Shown here: in pieces, positions 48,910 through 60,261 of the stretch
Layout: every line of letters begins with the position of its first letter
Numbering within the stretch: the stretch's first letter is position 1
DNA from: Isurus oxyrinchus
Taxonomy: Eukaryota
Length of the DNA: 64,000 bases
Direction: 5' to 3'
NCBI GenBank assembly: GCA_026770705.1
Contig: JANJGN010000035.1
Span: 13,144,001-13,208,000, forward strand
The notes under the pieces: model-generated
Seen by the model: the letters and a program-made list of their open reading frames with translations, nothing else
The model's database searches: none
What the model was told of the DNA's origin: nothing
Program-made: the position numbers and the translations under genes

Positions 48910-51134
48910 AGAGCTTGTTTAATAATATTGTTCACTCTGCCAATCACACTAAACATCAAATTATTGCTGGATTTAAATTCCCCGAAGGCATCGAAAGATA
49001 ATTCAATCCTGCAACCTATAAATGTTTAATTCATTTCCACGCTGAATATCTCATGATCATCAGTCAAGACAGCCTAGAAAGCACCTAATAATAAACATGC
49101 TTTAAATACTTATTTATCGTCATTCCAATACTTACATAATATTTTTAGTTATTCAGTCGAGCCAACGTAGCGATTTTCGATTTAATATTTAGTCACTTGA
49201 ACACAGTTATCGTCAAAATATTGCTCAGTTCATTAATTTCAGTAACTATCAATTTATTTGTCATTCCATTAAGCAAAAATACGTTTAGTTGTTGTGCAGT
49301 CCAATAATCCATAGGATTTCTTTGGAATGGTTCAGATCACGAATAGTAGTATCAATTGCCCATTCTAAATCCCTGCGTTATTATTAATTGTTGTTCCGTT
49401 CAAAAACAAATACAAAGTCCAAATATTGTTTATCACCATTCTAACCATAAAATCTAACTATTTTCCAGACCGTAAATTGCTGGAAATATCTTTTAAATGT
49501 TCAGTTCAACAATAGAACAAATATCGAATTGTTACCAGTCCAAAACACTTTTAAAATATGTAATTTATTTAAACTTTAATACACACATTAGACATCGAAT
49601 TGCTCTTAGACCATTAATCGAACTAGATTTCCAAACACACATCAGTACAGTTATCAGATCAAATTTCCAATTATTATAGGACCAATAATCTATTCTAACA
49701 TTCATTATTTTCTTTACGTTAACCACAGTGACTATCTGTTCAGTCTGACACAGATAGGATACAAATAATACATTAATTTTCGTGCTATAATTGTCGTGTC
49801 TATGTACTCAGTATTCAGCCATATGATTACTGTTGGCCCTAAAATGATGACGGTAAATATAATTATTACTCAATCGAGTAGGTAAATATGCCAATTTTGG
49901 CAGTCCAATAAGAAACTTTACACCGCTAATTATTTCTTCAAATCAATCATTAATTTTAGTGTCTAAATTATGATCAAGTGAAATGAACATCATAAATATC
50001 TAAAATTGCCAATTGATGAATCATTGTAAATATCTAGTTATTGTTTGCCTTATGAATACAGTCAGTATTTATTTGATTTCATTGCAACAATCTGGGTAAA
50101 GAACTAATCATTTGTTCAGTCGAATGAACACCATAAATTTACAATGATTAATCATCCATTAAATGCAGTAAAGATATTTAATTCAGCAACCTACCAATCG
50201 CAGCCAATATGTGATTCCAAAACTACTTGATAGCTTTAACACAAATATTAAATACCTATTAGTTTATTTTATAATTACCACATAAATGTTAACACGCAAA
50301 CGCATTCTAAAATCATATGAATCGATAATTATTGTTCGGGAAAATAGGATCAGTTAATATTCCATCATTTTTGTATTCAATAATCAGAGCAAATTCAGAG
50401 TTCTGGGCAGATCAAGTTATTGCAAACATCCGAGACCGTTCAGTCGAATAATCACAATGAATATCCATAAATGGAGCCTGTAAACGTATTTGCAATTTTC
50501 AGTACAATATTCACAGTGAATAACTTATTATCAGAAATCCAAACCCGATTGAAATATTCGAATTCTAACTATTTGAATACAGACTATAATATTCTATTCA
50601 TTGACAATACAATAATCACCTGGCATTTTAACTATTCAGGCTAAAAATGTAGAGAACATCAATGTTTCCTTCATTCTAACGAAAACCGTTAACATCCCAA
50701 CATATCTTTATTCCGTAACACCATTAATTATCATTTTTTCAATCCAATGCACACATAAGCGATCTAAGTGTTCTTGACCGTTGGAATGAAAAATCTAAGG
50801 TTATGCATCACGGAATGATGGAATCGTGGAATGAAAAAGAATTACTGACTTCTCTGATTATTTGACAAAACAAATGCTCATATAAATAACATTATTGTAC
50901 AGAAACTAATTAGGCATTATATGTGCTAAATGCATTGAACTCACACCCATTATTTTCTTCTGAGAAACAAAAACACTGGGAATATTTAGGATGGTCAAAT
51001 AATTTCATGTGATCATTGGACTGGCAGAATTTCTTTGCACACTTTTTGCATTCGATTCCTTTGTTTTATTGGTAGGCGTGAGGTGCGAATCGCTGTGTAG
51101 GCCAACACCTATTTCCCGTTCCTAATTGCCATAT

Positions 51135-52630
51135 CACAGAATCGAATTTTTCTGGCTCAGGAGGAGGCCATTCGGCCCATCATGTCTACACTGGCACTCC
51201 AAGTGATCATTATGACCTAGCGCCATTGCCCTACCTTTCCTCCTGATCCCTACACATTGTTTCTGTTCAAATAAACATCTACTGCCCTCTGGAATGCCTC
51301 GATTGAACATGCCTCCAACACACTTCCAGGCAGTGCATTCCAGTCCCGTCCTATTCGTTGTGTGAAAATGTTTTTTTTCCCACATCACATTTGCTTCTTT
51401 TGCTAATCACTTTAAATCTGTGTCCTCAAATGCTTGATCCTTTTATGACCGGGATCAGCTTCTCCCTATCAACTCTGTCCAGCCCTCTCATGATTTTGAA
51501 TATCCCTATCAAATCACCTTTTAGCCTCCTTCTCTCCAAGTTGAATAGTCCCAACCCCTTCAATCTATCCTCATAGCTGAAGTTTCTTAACCCTGGAACC
51601 ATTTTTGCAAACTTCTTCTGCACTCTCTCCAATGTGTTCACATCCCTCCTGTAGTGCCGCAGCTAGAACTGTACACAATACTCCAGCTGAGATCTAACGA
51701 ATGTCTTACGTACACTTAGCATAACCTCCTTGCTCTTGTACTCTGAGCCCCGATTAATAAAGCCCAGGATGTTTTATTATCTGCTCTCTCCACCTGTTCT
51801 GCCACATTGAATGATCTATGCACATATGTGCCGAGATATTTCTGCTCCTGCACCCCCTTCAATATTTTACTCCTTATTCCATATTGTCTGTCCATGTTCT
51901 TCCGACTAAATTGCATCACCTCACACTTCTCTGCATTGAACTTCATCTGCCACATATTTGCCCACACAATCAACTTGTCTGTGGCCTCTTGAAGTTTCAC
52001 ACCATTCTCTTCGCAGTTCACAAAATTCCCAAGCTTCGTATCATCCACAAACTTTGAAACCGCCTCCTGAACACCAAGAACTACATCATTAATATGTAGC
52101 AGGAAAGGCAAGGGTGCCAATATCGGCCCCTGAGGAACTCCACCACAAATCTTCCTCCGCCCCAAAAAAACGCCCATTGACAATTAAACCCTGCTTCCTA
52201 TTTTTCAGGCAATTTTGTATCCACATTGCTACTGCCCCTTTTATTCCATGAACAATAACTTTTCTCACAAGCCTATAAGGTGGGACTGTATCAAATGCCT
52301 TTTCAAAGTTCTTGTCCGCCACACCAACAGTGTTACTCTTATCGACCTTTTCTGTAGCTCTTCAAGTAACTCCAGAAAGGTATTTAAACACGATTTCCCT
52401 TTTAGAAACCTATGCCAGCTCTTCCTTATCAACCCATAATTTATCCATGTGACTACTAATTCTATCCCGAATAATTGTTTCTAGAATCTTGCCCACCACT
52501 GAAGTTCAACTGAGTACCCTGTAATTTCTAGGCTTATCCTTTATGATCTTTTCTGAACAAGGGTGTGATGTTTGCAATTCCCCAGTTCTCTGGCTCCACC
52601 CTTGAGCCTTGAGGAAACTGAAATATTATG
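51135..52630 (-). mobile_element. CR1 LINE 3' portion (RT domain + 3' UTR), decayed
   Basis: FEKAFDTVP, GVPQGPILAP, SKFVDDTKLG, WQMKFNAEKCEVM, LERVQKKFAKMVPGL, LERRRLKGDLI. Confidence 0.95.
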
Positions 52631-52839
52631 GCCACAAGGGATTTGGAGGCTTTTGGGAAAAGATTGGAGAGAATGGCAATAATTTCCCAGGTCCTTTAAA
52701 ATTACCAATATAGAGAATTTCGGCCCAATGGTCCATGTGGAGAAAGGGCAGCGCAGCGTGATTGACTTGGAAGGGTTTTAAAAGAATCAGCACATACCTA
52801 ATGGATGGAATTTGTTAAATGCACTCAATTTACATAACT

Positions 52840-53470
52840 ACCATTGCTGCTGCACCTTTGTATCACCGCAGTGAGCCTCATCTTAATTGAAACCCCTGTA
52901 TTGATATCACTCTGGGTCACCACTCAGTTACAGATTTATCTCTCTCTTGTTTATGCCTCTCATTATCACCGTACACAGTCATGCCTTTGCCTGCCTCCCT
53001 TGGTTGATCTATTTCATTATCACTGTACTCAGTCACACCTTTACCTATCTTTTTCTGTTGATATATTTCATCAGTCGTACATCTACCAATCTCTTTTGAT
53101 TGTTAATTTTCAATCGGTCCTCAGTCGTACCATTGTCAATCTTTCTCTTGACATATTTCAGTATCAAAGTTCTGTCATATTTTCTAATATTTCAATATCA
53201 CTGTATTCATACCTTTTTGTCCCTTTCTTGATCTCTTGCTCTCCGTTGCTCTCTGCTCAGACATATTTTATCTATTTTCATTTGGTGGTGTCGTTCTATA
53301 TCATTGTACGCATTTTCACCTTTATTTATCTCCTCCTATTAATTTTACTCCAGATCACTTTGTTCAGTCAAAACTTTATCTCTCTCACTCTAGTGCCTTC
53401 TTGCATCACTGCACTCAATCGTTTTATCCATCCCCCTCTTTTCGTATCTCCCTTTATACCTTTGCTCCAT
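52840..53470. repeat. Degenerate ~54-bp pyrimidine-rich minisatellite
   Basis: CATTATCAC(C/T)GTAC(A/T)CAGTCA at 52961 and 53015 (54 bp apart); related units throughout; explains the repetitive 220-aa ORF. Confidence 0.7.
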
Positions 53471-54399
53471 CTCACCTTTAAGTTACTATACCTGTTAGAG
53501 TGGTAGGCGGATGGTTGTTCTGCGTTCTGGATTATTCAATAGATGTATGTTAGATAATTGAATAGTACAGCTAACTCAGAGTTTAATTTCTTCTCAGTAG
53601 CATCATGGTAACTGAAGCAAGGAGGCAACCGAAATGGTGAATGCTGTATTGACTTTATGGTGGAAATAAGCAGCTATAAAGACGGGAAAGATAACGTTAT
53701 TTACATCATGATCAGAGCCAATATTACCTTACCATAAAGAGGGTGAAGGAACTTGTAAAATTATGATATAATTTACTGTAATGTTGAAAATCCCCAAACA
53801 GATGTTAATTGGATCCAAATCAGCTGGTGAAGCTGAATCCAAGAGACAGGACTTTTCCTTTATTGAGTGAGGGCTTTTTGTGACTTGTGCAGCCTTACAG
53901 CTGTCACCCTTCAAACACAATGTTCCAGCTAAAAGCTTTTTATATGTGCACAAGGACAATTAATATCCATCACCTGTTTCTATTCACCTTCACAATGTAA
54001 TTGACAAACTTTAGCAATGTTGCTTTACAAGGCATTAACAATAGGCTCATCTTGTTCCATAACTTTAACCTCCATTTGTTATCTAAAGTGGACCAATACG
54101 GATTAGGCAAGTCAAAGGTTAGAATTAAATTAGCTATAGGTTCATTAGGCTCTTGTTTTACATAGCCATGGCAATTGTTTTTGGCTATTAATGTTGAGGA
54201 TTCTCAGTGTCGTTACCCTGTCGAGTTTTGTCGGTTATCTGAGCCTAGTTGCAATATTGTCCTTTGCTATTTTACGTGCAGAGACCAGAGAAATCGTGGC
54301 TGTTCGCATCAATCACATCTAATTAAGTTGAGGTTTAATAGGTTTTCAGCCAGAGGACGGAGATTACATATAATTTGAAAATGAGCCAGACAACAGATG

Positions 54400-54620
54400 C
54401 AAATTTTATTTTGTGCCCCGAATTGTCATGATCTGGAAAGCACTGTCTGAAAATGTGCTAGAAGAAGACTGAATGCTAATGTTCAGAAATGAATTGGATA
54501 ACTACTTGAAATGAAAAAAAAAAACAAAATCTGCAGGATTATGAGGAAAGAGCGGGACACTCGTAATAATTGGACAGCTATTTCGAACAGTCACCACAAC
54601 CAGTATTGACAGAGTTCCCT
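54400..54620 (+). mobile_element. Old CR1 3'-end fragment
   Basis: ATCTGGAAAGCACTGTCTGAAAATGTGCTAGAAG...GAATTGGATAACTACTTG resembles the CR1 terminus also seen at ~57680-57840. Confidence 0.55.
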
Positions 54621-54941
54621 CCCTCCTCTCTGAGAGATCCAGGCAGAAAGAGCGAGTTAGAGACATGGAGTGTCACCGTGGGGAAAATGGCGCGATAGAG
54701 TTGAAAAAGCAGTGAGAAATAAGCGGAAGGCAGAGAAAGAGCCAATCCAGAAGGTACATGATGTTAGAAAGAATCACAGATATAACTTCAGGGAGAAGGA
54801 TGGAAGGGGTCAGTGTCTTTAAGACTCCTCACAGGAACCTCCATTCTCTAGGACCTTATACCTTAGCACAATCTGTCGATCCTAGCTATGCATTCATGGG
54901 ACCTCCAAACTTGCAGCCATGTTAACCTGGCATGCTGTAAG

Positions 54942-55170
54942 TGCATTTATATAAAGCCTTTCACGATCACAGAACTTCCCAAAGACCTGTGTAACCACAT
55001 AAATACTTCTGATTGTTTATTGTTATAAACTAGGAAATATAGGAGCCAATTAGCACACTACAATTCCCCGTTTGCAGTAATGTGATAATGATCAACTAGT
55101 TTGATTCAGTGATGTTGATTACGAGCGAAATATTGGCAAGGACACTGAGGATATCTCACCAACCCTTCTT
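54942..55170 (-). mobile_element. Ancient Deu-domain SINE (SacSINE1-like) 3' part
   Basis: GCATTTATATAAAGCCTTTCACG...CCCAAAG...AATGTGATAATGA...GTGATGTTGATT...AAATATTGGCAAGGACAC matches my recollection of the family consensus. Confidence 0.6.
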
Positions 55171-55184
55171 CAACACATTTTCTG

Positions 55185-55430
55185 TTTATTTATTCATTGC
55201 ACGTGGACCTCACTGGCAACTCCAGCATGTGTTACCCACCCTTAATTGCCCTTGTATTGAATGGCTTGCTATGCATCCTCAGGGGGTGCGGTGAACGACA
55301 TTGCTGTGGGTTTAAAGCCACTTGTAGGCTAGACCAATAAGGACGGAAGATTTCCCTCCCTACAGTTTATTAGTGAATCAGTTTTTTCAATGTAACAATT
55401 CATAGCCACTATCACTGACGGTAGCTTTCA
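55185..55430 (-). mobile_element. tRNA-SINE 3' part, decayed
   Basis: Reverse complement of the tail in 48589-48909 (CCCTTAATTGCCCTTG, GATTTCCCTCCCTA, ATTAGTGAATCAG). Confidence 0.65.
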
Positions 55431-55569
55431 AACTGGAGTGTGACCTTTGGCTTGCGTGCAAACTAAAAGTTCTGATTTTGGCAACAGGTGTTCTCATGAT
55501 GTTGAGAAGTTCCGTAAGTTCTCACGCCAGTGAGACTTTTGCGTAACATCATGAAATGATATAGGTAGG

Positions 55570-55990
55570 AAGGTTTAATTGTGCCTTCGCCGGCCCCTTG
55601 ACATAACTATCCAATTCATGCTTGAGCTAATCTCATTCCCATAGCCCTACACTTTTTTTTTCTCTTTAAGAGTGCATCGGTTTCACCGGTATTTCAGTGT
55701 ATTCTGGATCTTTACTCCTTGTTTTTTTCAAACAAAAATGTAACTCACTATTGCCTTGGGTTATTTTGTCAATCATCGTCTATCGGTGCCTTCTGAATCT
55801 TCTGCCACAGAGCATTCTTTCTCTTTACTTAAATTAGAAAATCCTTTCAGGGTTTTGAAGACCTTTATCAAATTTAGGCTCGAATGAGAACAGCTCCGCT
55901 GGCCCCAATCTCTTTACATAACTGAATTATCTCATCCCGAGTACCATGCTAAATAGAAAATCTCTGCTGACTCTGAAAGACCTTCTTACG
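55570..55990 (-). mobile_element. Old CR1 3'-end fragment
   Basis: Similar to 51170-51640 (CCCATAGCCCTACAC, TTTTGAAGACCTTTATCAAAT, ATAACTGAATTATCTCATCCCGAGTACCAT). Confidence 0.55.
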
Positions 55991-55999
55991 TGGAAAAAA

Positions 56000-56500
56000 G
56001 TACAGTAAAGAAGACGACCAGTTGTGCCTCTGTGGGCTGGTTGATGAATGTGAATTGAAACCGTTGACCTGTCAGGCTATTTTTTCAGTCGTCGAAGGCC
56101 GAGGGCCTCGATAATGGGGCAAGATGTGACTAGCGGCGTTCGACCGAACATTTGTATTATGGGTCTGAAGTATTTGCCGTATTTATGAATGACTTCTGTA
56201 GAAAGTATAGAGCTAAATATACAGGTTTGGGGTGAGGGGGGGGGGGGGGGGTGGGGGGGGGGACGGGGGGAGGGTGGGCGTATTGCAGGATTGTAAGCAC
56301 TGTAGATGAAGCATAACCTTACGAAATTGGTTTATGTAATTACGTGAATGGGGTGGTGGTGGGGGGGGGGTGGGGGGGGGGGGGTGGTTGCGTTGGGGGG
56401 GGGGGGGGGGTTGGGGCGGGGGGGGGGTGGTAGTTTGGGGGCGGGGACCGGATATGCCAAACGCATGTCATTTTCGATAACTGTGAAACAATGGAGAGAT
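56000..56500 (+). mobile_element. Highly decayed CR1 RT fragment interrupted by poly-G tracts
   Basis: GTGACTAGCGGCGTTC (VTSGV) and GTATTTATGAATGACTT (VFMND) motifs precede the G tracts. Confidence 0.45.
56229..56447 (+). repeat. Two G-rich tracts with G-quadruplex potential
   Basis: Multiple runs of 4-15 G at 56229-56279 and 56350-56447. Confidence 0.85.
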
Positions 56501-56647
56501 TAGTTTTACAATGGGTTTGGGGGTAAATGGGAATTTGGTTTGTAGTAAGAGAGAAACAGTGGGTGTCATACAGGAATTGTCTTTGCTTTGAACATCGATT
56601 TTTAATTAAAACTTATGTTTTATTGCAAATCATTTGATTGTTAACTG

Positions 56648-56778
56648 CCTGGCCACATGTGACTCCAGACTCATAGCAATGTGGCTGACACTTAAAATGC
56701 CACTTGAACAGAGCAATTAGAGATGGGCAATAAATGCTGGCCTAGCCAGTGACGCCCGCCCGACGAATGAATAAAAAG
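56648..56778 (+). mobile_element. SINE 3' half
   Basis: GTGACTCCAGAC...GCAATTAGAGATGGGCAATAAATGCTGGCCTAGCCAGTGACGCCC...GAATGAATAAAAA. Confidence 0.75.
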
Positions 56779-56829
56779 AGCATGTTACCTGTCGCTGGCC
56801 ATATTTTAATTAGATACAGTGTGGGTGCA

Positions 56830-57885
56830 CGCTGACGGACTGTCCTGACTTCGTTTTGCATATTACCAGAGCAATGGGTATCTTTACCGCTATCACAGCG
56901 ACCAGTGATGCACTTTACTAATTTAGAGATATCGATTGAGGGACGCACATTGGCCTTCACATTTCAACATTTCCATATGACACATAGGTTGGAGTCATCG
57001 TGAACTGTGAGCCGAACAATAGTCGACTTTTAGAGGCTATGAACTGTTGGAATGGGCGTACATATGACAGATAAATTCTATTACAGAGAAGCGTAAATTG
57101 ATTCCGTTTGGTAGTAAGAAATAAAGGAAGCAATATAACACTATGCGGTGAAACGTTAAAGTTGGTACAGCAGCAAAAGCACCTGGGTATATACACACAA
57201 ACGGAAGAAAGTTTATGTTAAGGATCTGAACACTTTTGTTTTTAAAAGCATGTCTGACTTTGGTGTCTTATAATACGAGATATTGAGACCAACAGGAAAG
57301 AATTTATGACGAACCTGAATGAAATACTGATTACGCCTGAACTGGAGTGTTGTGTCCAGTTCTGACCACCGAATTTTAGGAAGGACTCTAAATCATTAAC
57401 AGTGATGCGGGAATGATTTTCCAGAATGGTTCCAAGAATGAGGGACTTCATTTACATCGACAGGTTAGAGAAGCTTCTTGGGCTGTTATCCACAAGAAAG
57501 AGAAAGTTGAGAGGGAATTTGACAGGCGCTTTTAAAACCTTGAGGGCTCCAGATAGAATAGATAGGGAAAAACTAATCCGATTAGTGGAAGGGTCGACAA
57601 GCCAAGGACACCGATTTGAGGTGTATGACAAATAAACTGAAAGTGACACAACCATCTTCTTATGCAGCGAAAGATCAGGATCTGGAACGTATCGCCTGAG
57701 AGTATGATGGATTCAGACTAAATCTTTGCATTGAAAATCCAATTCGATGATTATCTTAAGAGAAAATATTATGCAGTTGCTGGAGGGAAAATGCAGGGGA
57801 TTGAATCAGAATGGGCTGCTTTTGCAGAGAGTCAGCATGTGCAGTCCGTGCCAATAAGCCTCTTTTTATTTTGCTGGAACAATTC
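56830..57885 (+). mobile_element. CR1 LINE 3' portion, decayed
   Basis: ORF 57426-57635 MVPRMRDFIYIDRLEKLLGLLSTRKRKLRGNL...GHRF; upstream CVQFWSP-like and DDTKVG-like remnants. Confidence 0.85.
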
Positions 57886-57953
57886 TGACGATCTACCCTG
57901 CCTTTCTGCGAATATTGTCATAAAAGTTTGAACATTCTTGTAAAAAGGGGATC

Positions 57954-58123
57954 GGGGCCTCCGTTTAATGTCACTTTGCTGACAGTAGTTGGCAGCCCCG
58001 TCAATGTGGAGCTCCCAGAATGCAACATTAACTTTTTTACCTTTTAATTTTTACAAATTCCTGGATTAAGGCTTAATCCCACAACCTTCTGATTCAGAGG
58101 CGAAAGTGGGACCCACTGAGCCA
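57954..58123 (-). mobile_element. Ancient Deu-domain SINE 5' part
   Basis: GGGGCCTCCGTTTAATGTC ... CCCACAACCTTCTGATTCAGAGGCGAAAGTGGGACCCACTGAGCCA (reverse of a tRNA-like head); family recalled, not searched. Confidence 0.65.
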
Positions 58124-58505
58124 AGCAGCGCCACCCAACGGCAGTTCCTTCTTTTCAATACAATGATACGCTCGTTTAAAGGTTTAGCCTCCAATGTAAT
58201 TGCCGGTGGAAAGAGTCATGTTATTTGTTCCCCCTTCCATTTTGAGTTTAATTTGTGTGGAATTTTATATTTATTCTTAATTGTCTCTTCAGTGCAGTGA
58301 ATTCTGTGAATATTATCATGGCTTCTGTGCAAATCCGTTACTCTATATCTGTTGGCCTTGCCTCTCTCGGATCTCATTGTCATCGTCTTATTTTTACTTC
58401 TGATATTTGATTACCTCACTTGTTTCTGCGTAGAATCTTTAATATTTTCTTCTCGAACCTGCCTGTGCTTTCAGCGACTTCCAGGAATCCACCTTTATGG
58501 ATTGT

Positions 58506-59000
58506 TCACTCTGGTCCATGATAGCTCTCAGTGTCGATAGCTTCCTGGCTACATTTCACCAGGAGCTCAAAGGCAAATTTTGTACTTTGAGAACGGTGGC
58601 GACTCTCCTCGGGACCATTCGGCGGTTTAGCGTCGTTTAAAAGAACATTCAAAGTTATTTTAAATATAAGCCCATCGACAATTCGGGCCATCATTTTTTC
58701 GATTGTATTGGAATGGGTCAGCTTTGGCTGCGCCCACCGCATTTTGACTACACTATTTCATATGTCTTCCTCCATCTCTTCCAGTGACTCAGCGTCAAGC
58801 GAATGTTGGTGAAAGGTTTGGTCCTCAGTCCAAGATTCAGCGTCACCAGAGATGTCAATCATCAGCAAATGATGGAGGCTGTCTTTGACACTGCTATCTA
58901 GTGGTATTTATAAACATATCGCTGCTCACTGAATGCTCAGTTTGAGTTTTTCCAAGTCTACTCGGTGGTTTAAATCGAATAGCTTGTTCTTTTTTAGTCA
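58506..59000 (-). pseudogene. Possible decayed coding exon, product unknown
   Basis: One frame of ~165 codons with only 3 internal stops (58758, 58908, 58926), acidic protein-like composition, and an upstream TTTTTTCAG acceptor-like site at ~59024-59032 on the minus strand. Confidence 0.3.
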
Positions 59001-59289
59001 GTTTTCATTCAACTATATAATGCTGAAAAAACTTGTTTCATGGTACAGTATATATTAACAAACGCCATATAATCTCTACAGAGAAGGTTTCACAGCATTC
59101 AAAGGGTAAGTACAGAAAATCTGTCTCTCGAGTCTCCACCACTTTGCATGGTTCCATAGGATTGAGGCTGGCTTTTCCCACCTTTAAAATAAACTGCAGT
59201 TCTGCCACATCCATTCATGAATGGCAGTTGCAAAATTAAATTTTGCTGTAGTGATTGACCAGAAACATACCTGAAGCTGCGACATAACT

Positions 59290-59790
59290 GCTAGGGCTAA
59301 AGAGCAAGTTTAGAGCCTGGGAATTATTGGGAGACAAGTGCAATTACTGTCTCGCCAAACCCTCCCCACAGTTCACAAATCACAAGAAAGGCTTGTGGTG
59401 GAAATGGCGACATATGACTGGGTGAGTGCAGCTCCAACAACACTCAAAAGGCCCAGCACCTGGCAGGACAAATAAACCCATTTGATGGGAAGCTCAGCCA
59501 TCAACCATAACCATCTCTGTGCTCACCCCTGAAGCACCACGTGTTCTTCAACAGCACATGCAACTCCCAAGACCTTTACTGCCTAGAAACAACAACGGAT
59601 GCAGGCGTAGGGGCTCAGCATGCTGCTCGTTCACATTCAAGTCACCTACCATTCTGACATGGAGAAACTCACCATTCATTCAATGGCAGTGGCTCAGAAT
59701 CCTGGGGCTCCCGACCTATCATCGCTCTGGCTGTACCTACACCTCAGAATTTGTAGTGGTTCAAGAATTCGACTCGCCACCACCAGAACT
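59290..59790 (+). mobile_element. LINE 3' fragment (family sharing the SINE tail), decayed
   Basis: GCAGCTCCAACAACACTCAAAAG, CTACTGCCTAGAA-like, CACCTACCATTCTGACATGGAG, AGAATCCTGGGGCTCCC; homologous to 60965-61250 and 62925-63390. Confidence 0.65.
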
Positions 59791-59864
59791 CCCAAGACCC
59801 ACCAGGGATGCTCAATTATCGCTGGAGTTTCCAGAGACTCCATACAATGTGAGCGAAAATCAAA

Positions 59865-60070
59865 TGACCATAATAATATCCATAACGCTAATAATATAAT
59901 ACTGGCAACAATATTAATAGTAATAATACTAACATCAATTGTAACAATAATAATAATATGACAATAATGTTAATAATAACGATGACAATAGTAATAGATA
60001 TAACAATAACAACAGCAATGAAAATAACAATAACAATAGCAATACAAAATACTAATAATAATAATAATTC
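59865..60070. repeat. Degenerate (AAT/AAC)n microsatellite
   Basis: ~200 bp of AATAAT/AACAAT triplets. Confidence 0.9.
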
Positions 60071-60261
60071 CCAATACCATCCTTGTCCAATCTCCTAGGC
60101 CAATCACCTAAAATCTATGCACTCTGGTGGTAGAATTAGTGACCCCTTATTCACACCAGCGCAATCAGTCAGGCTTTCAAACACCCCCACCACCTCTCTT
60201 AAGCTTCTGCATTCGAGGGAGAACAATCCCTGCTTCTTCAGCCTCTCCTTATCCCTCATTT

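Larger units (their letters stand above)
1..50780. repeat. Degenerate 36-bp AT-rich satellite array (~44 kb net of insertions, ~1,200 units) with alternating orientation blocks
   Basis: GGACTGAA/TTCAGTCC-like core recurs with 36-bp spacing, e.g. cores at 40905, 40941, 40977, 41013; 30391 and 30427; 85 and 121; 287 and 323. Near-consensus units at 25995-26020, 30391-30432, 38353-38392. The left end may continue beyond the window. Confidence 0.9.

Noticed and set aside
275-49679. Numerous 60-125-aa I/N/L/F-rich ORFs as host genes
   Set aside because: They are translations of the AT-rich satellite; no splice structure or domain similarity is evident.
1-50780. CRISPR array (36-bp, partly palindromic repeat)
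   Set aside because: Units are contiguous with no unique spacers, highly degenerate, with no cas genes, in a vertebrate repeat context.
59620-59961. ORF with a hydrophobic Ile-rich C-terminus (apparent transmembrane helix)
   Set aside because: The Ile run is the ATA frame of the (AAT)n microsatellite, and the N-terminus is LINE debris.
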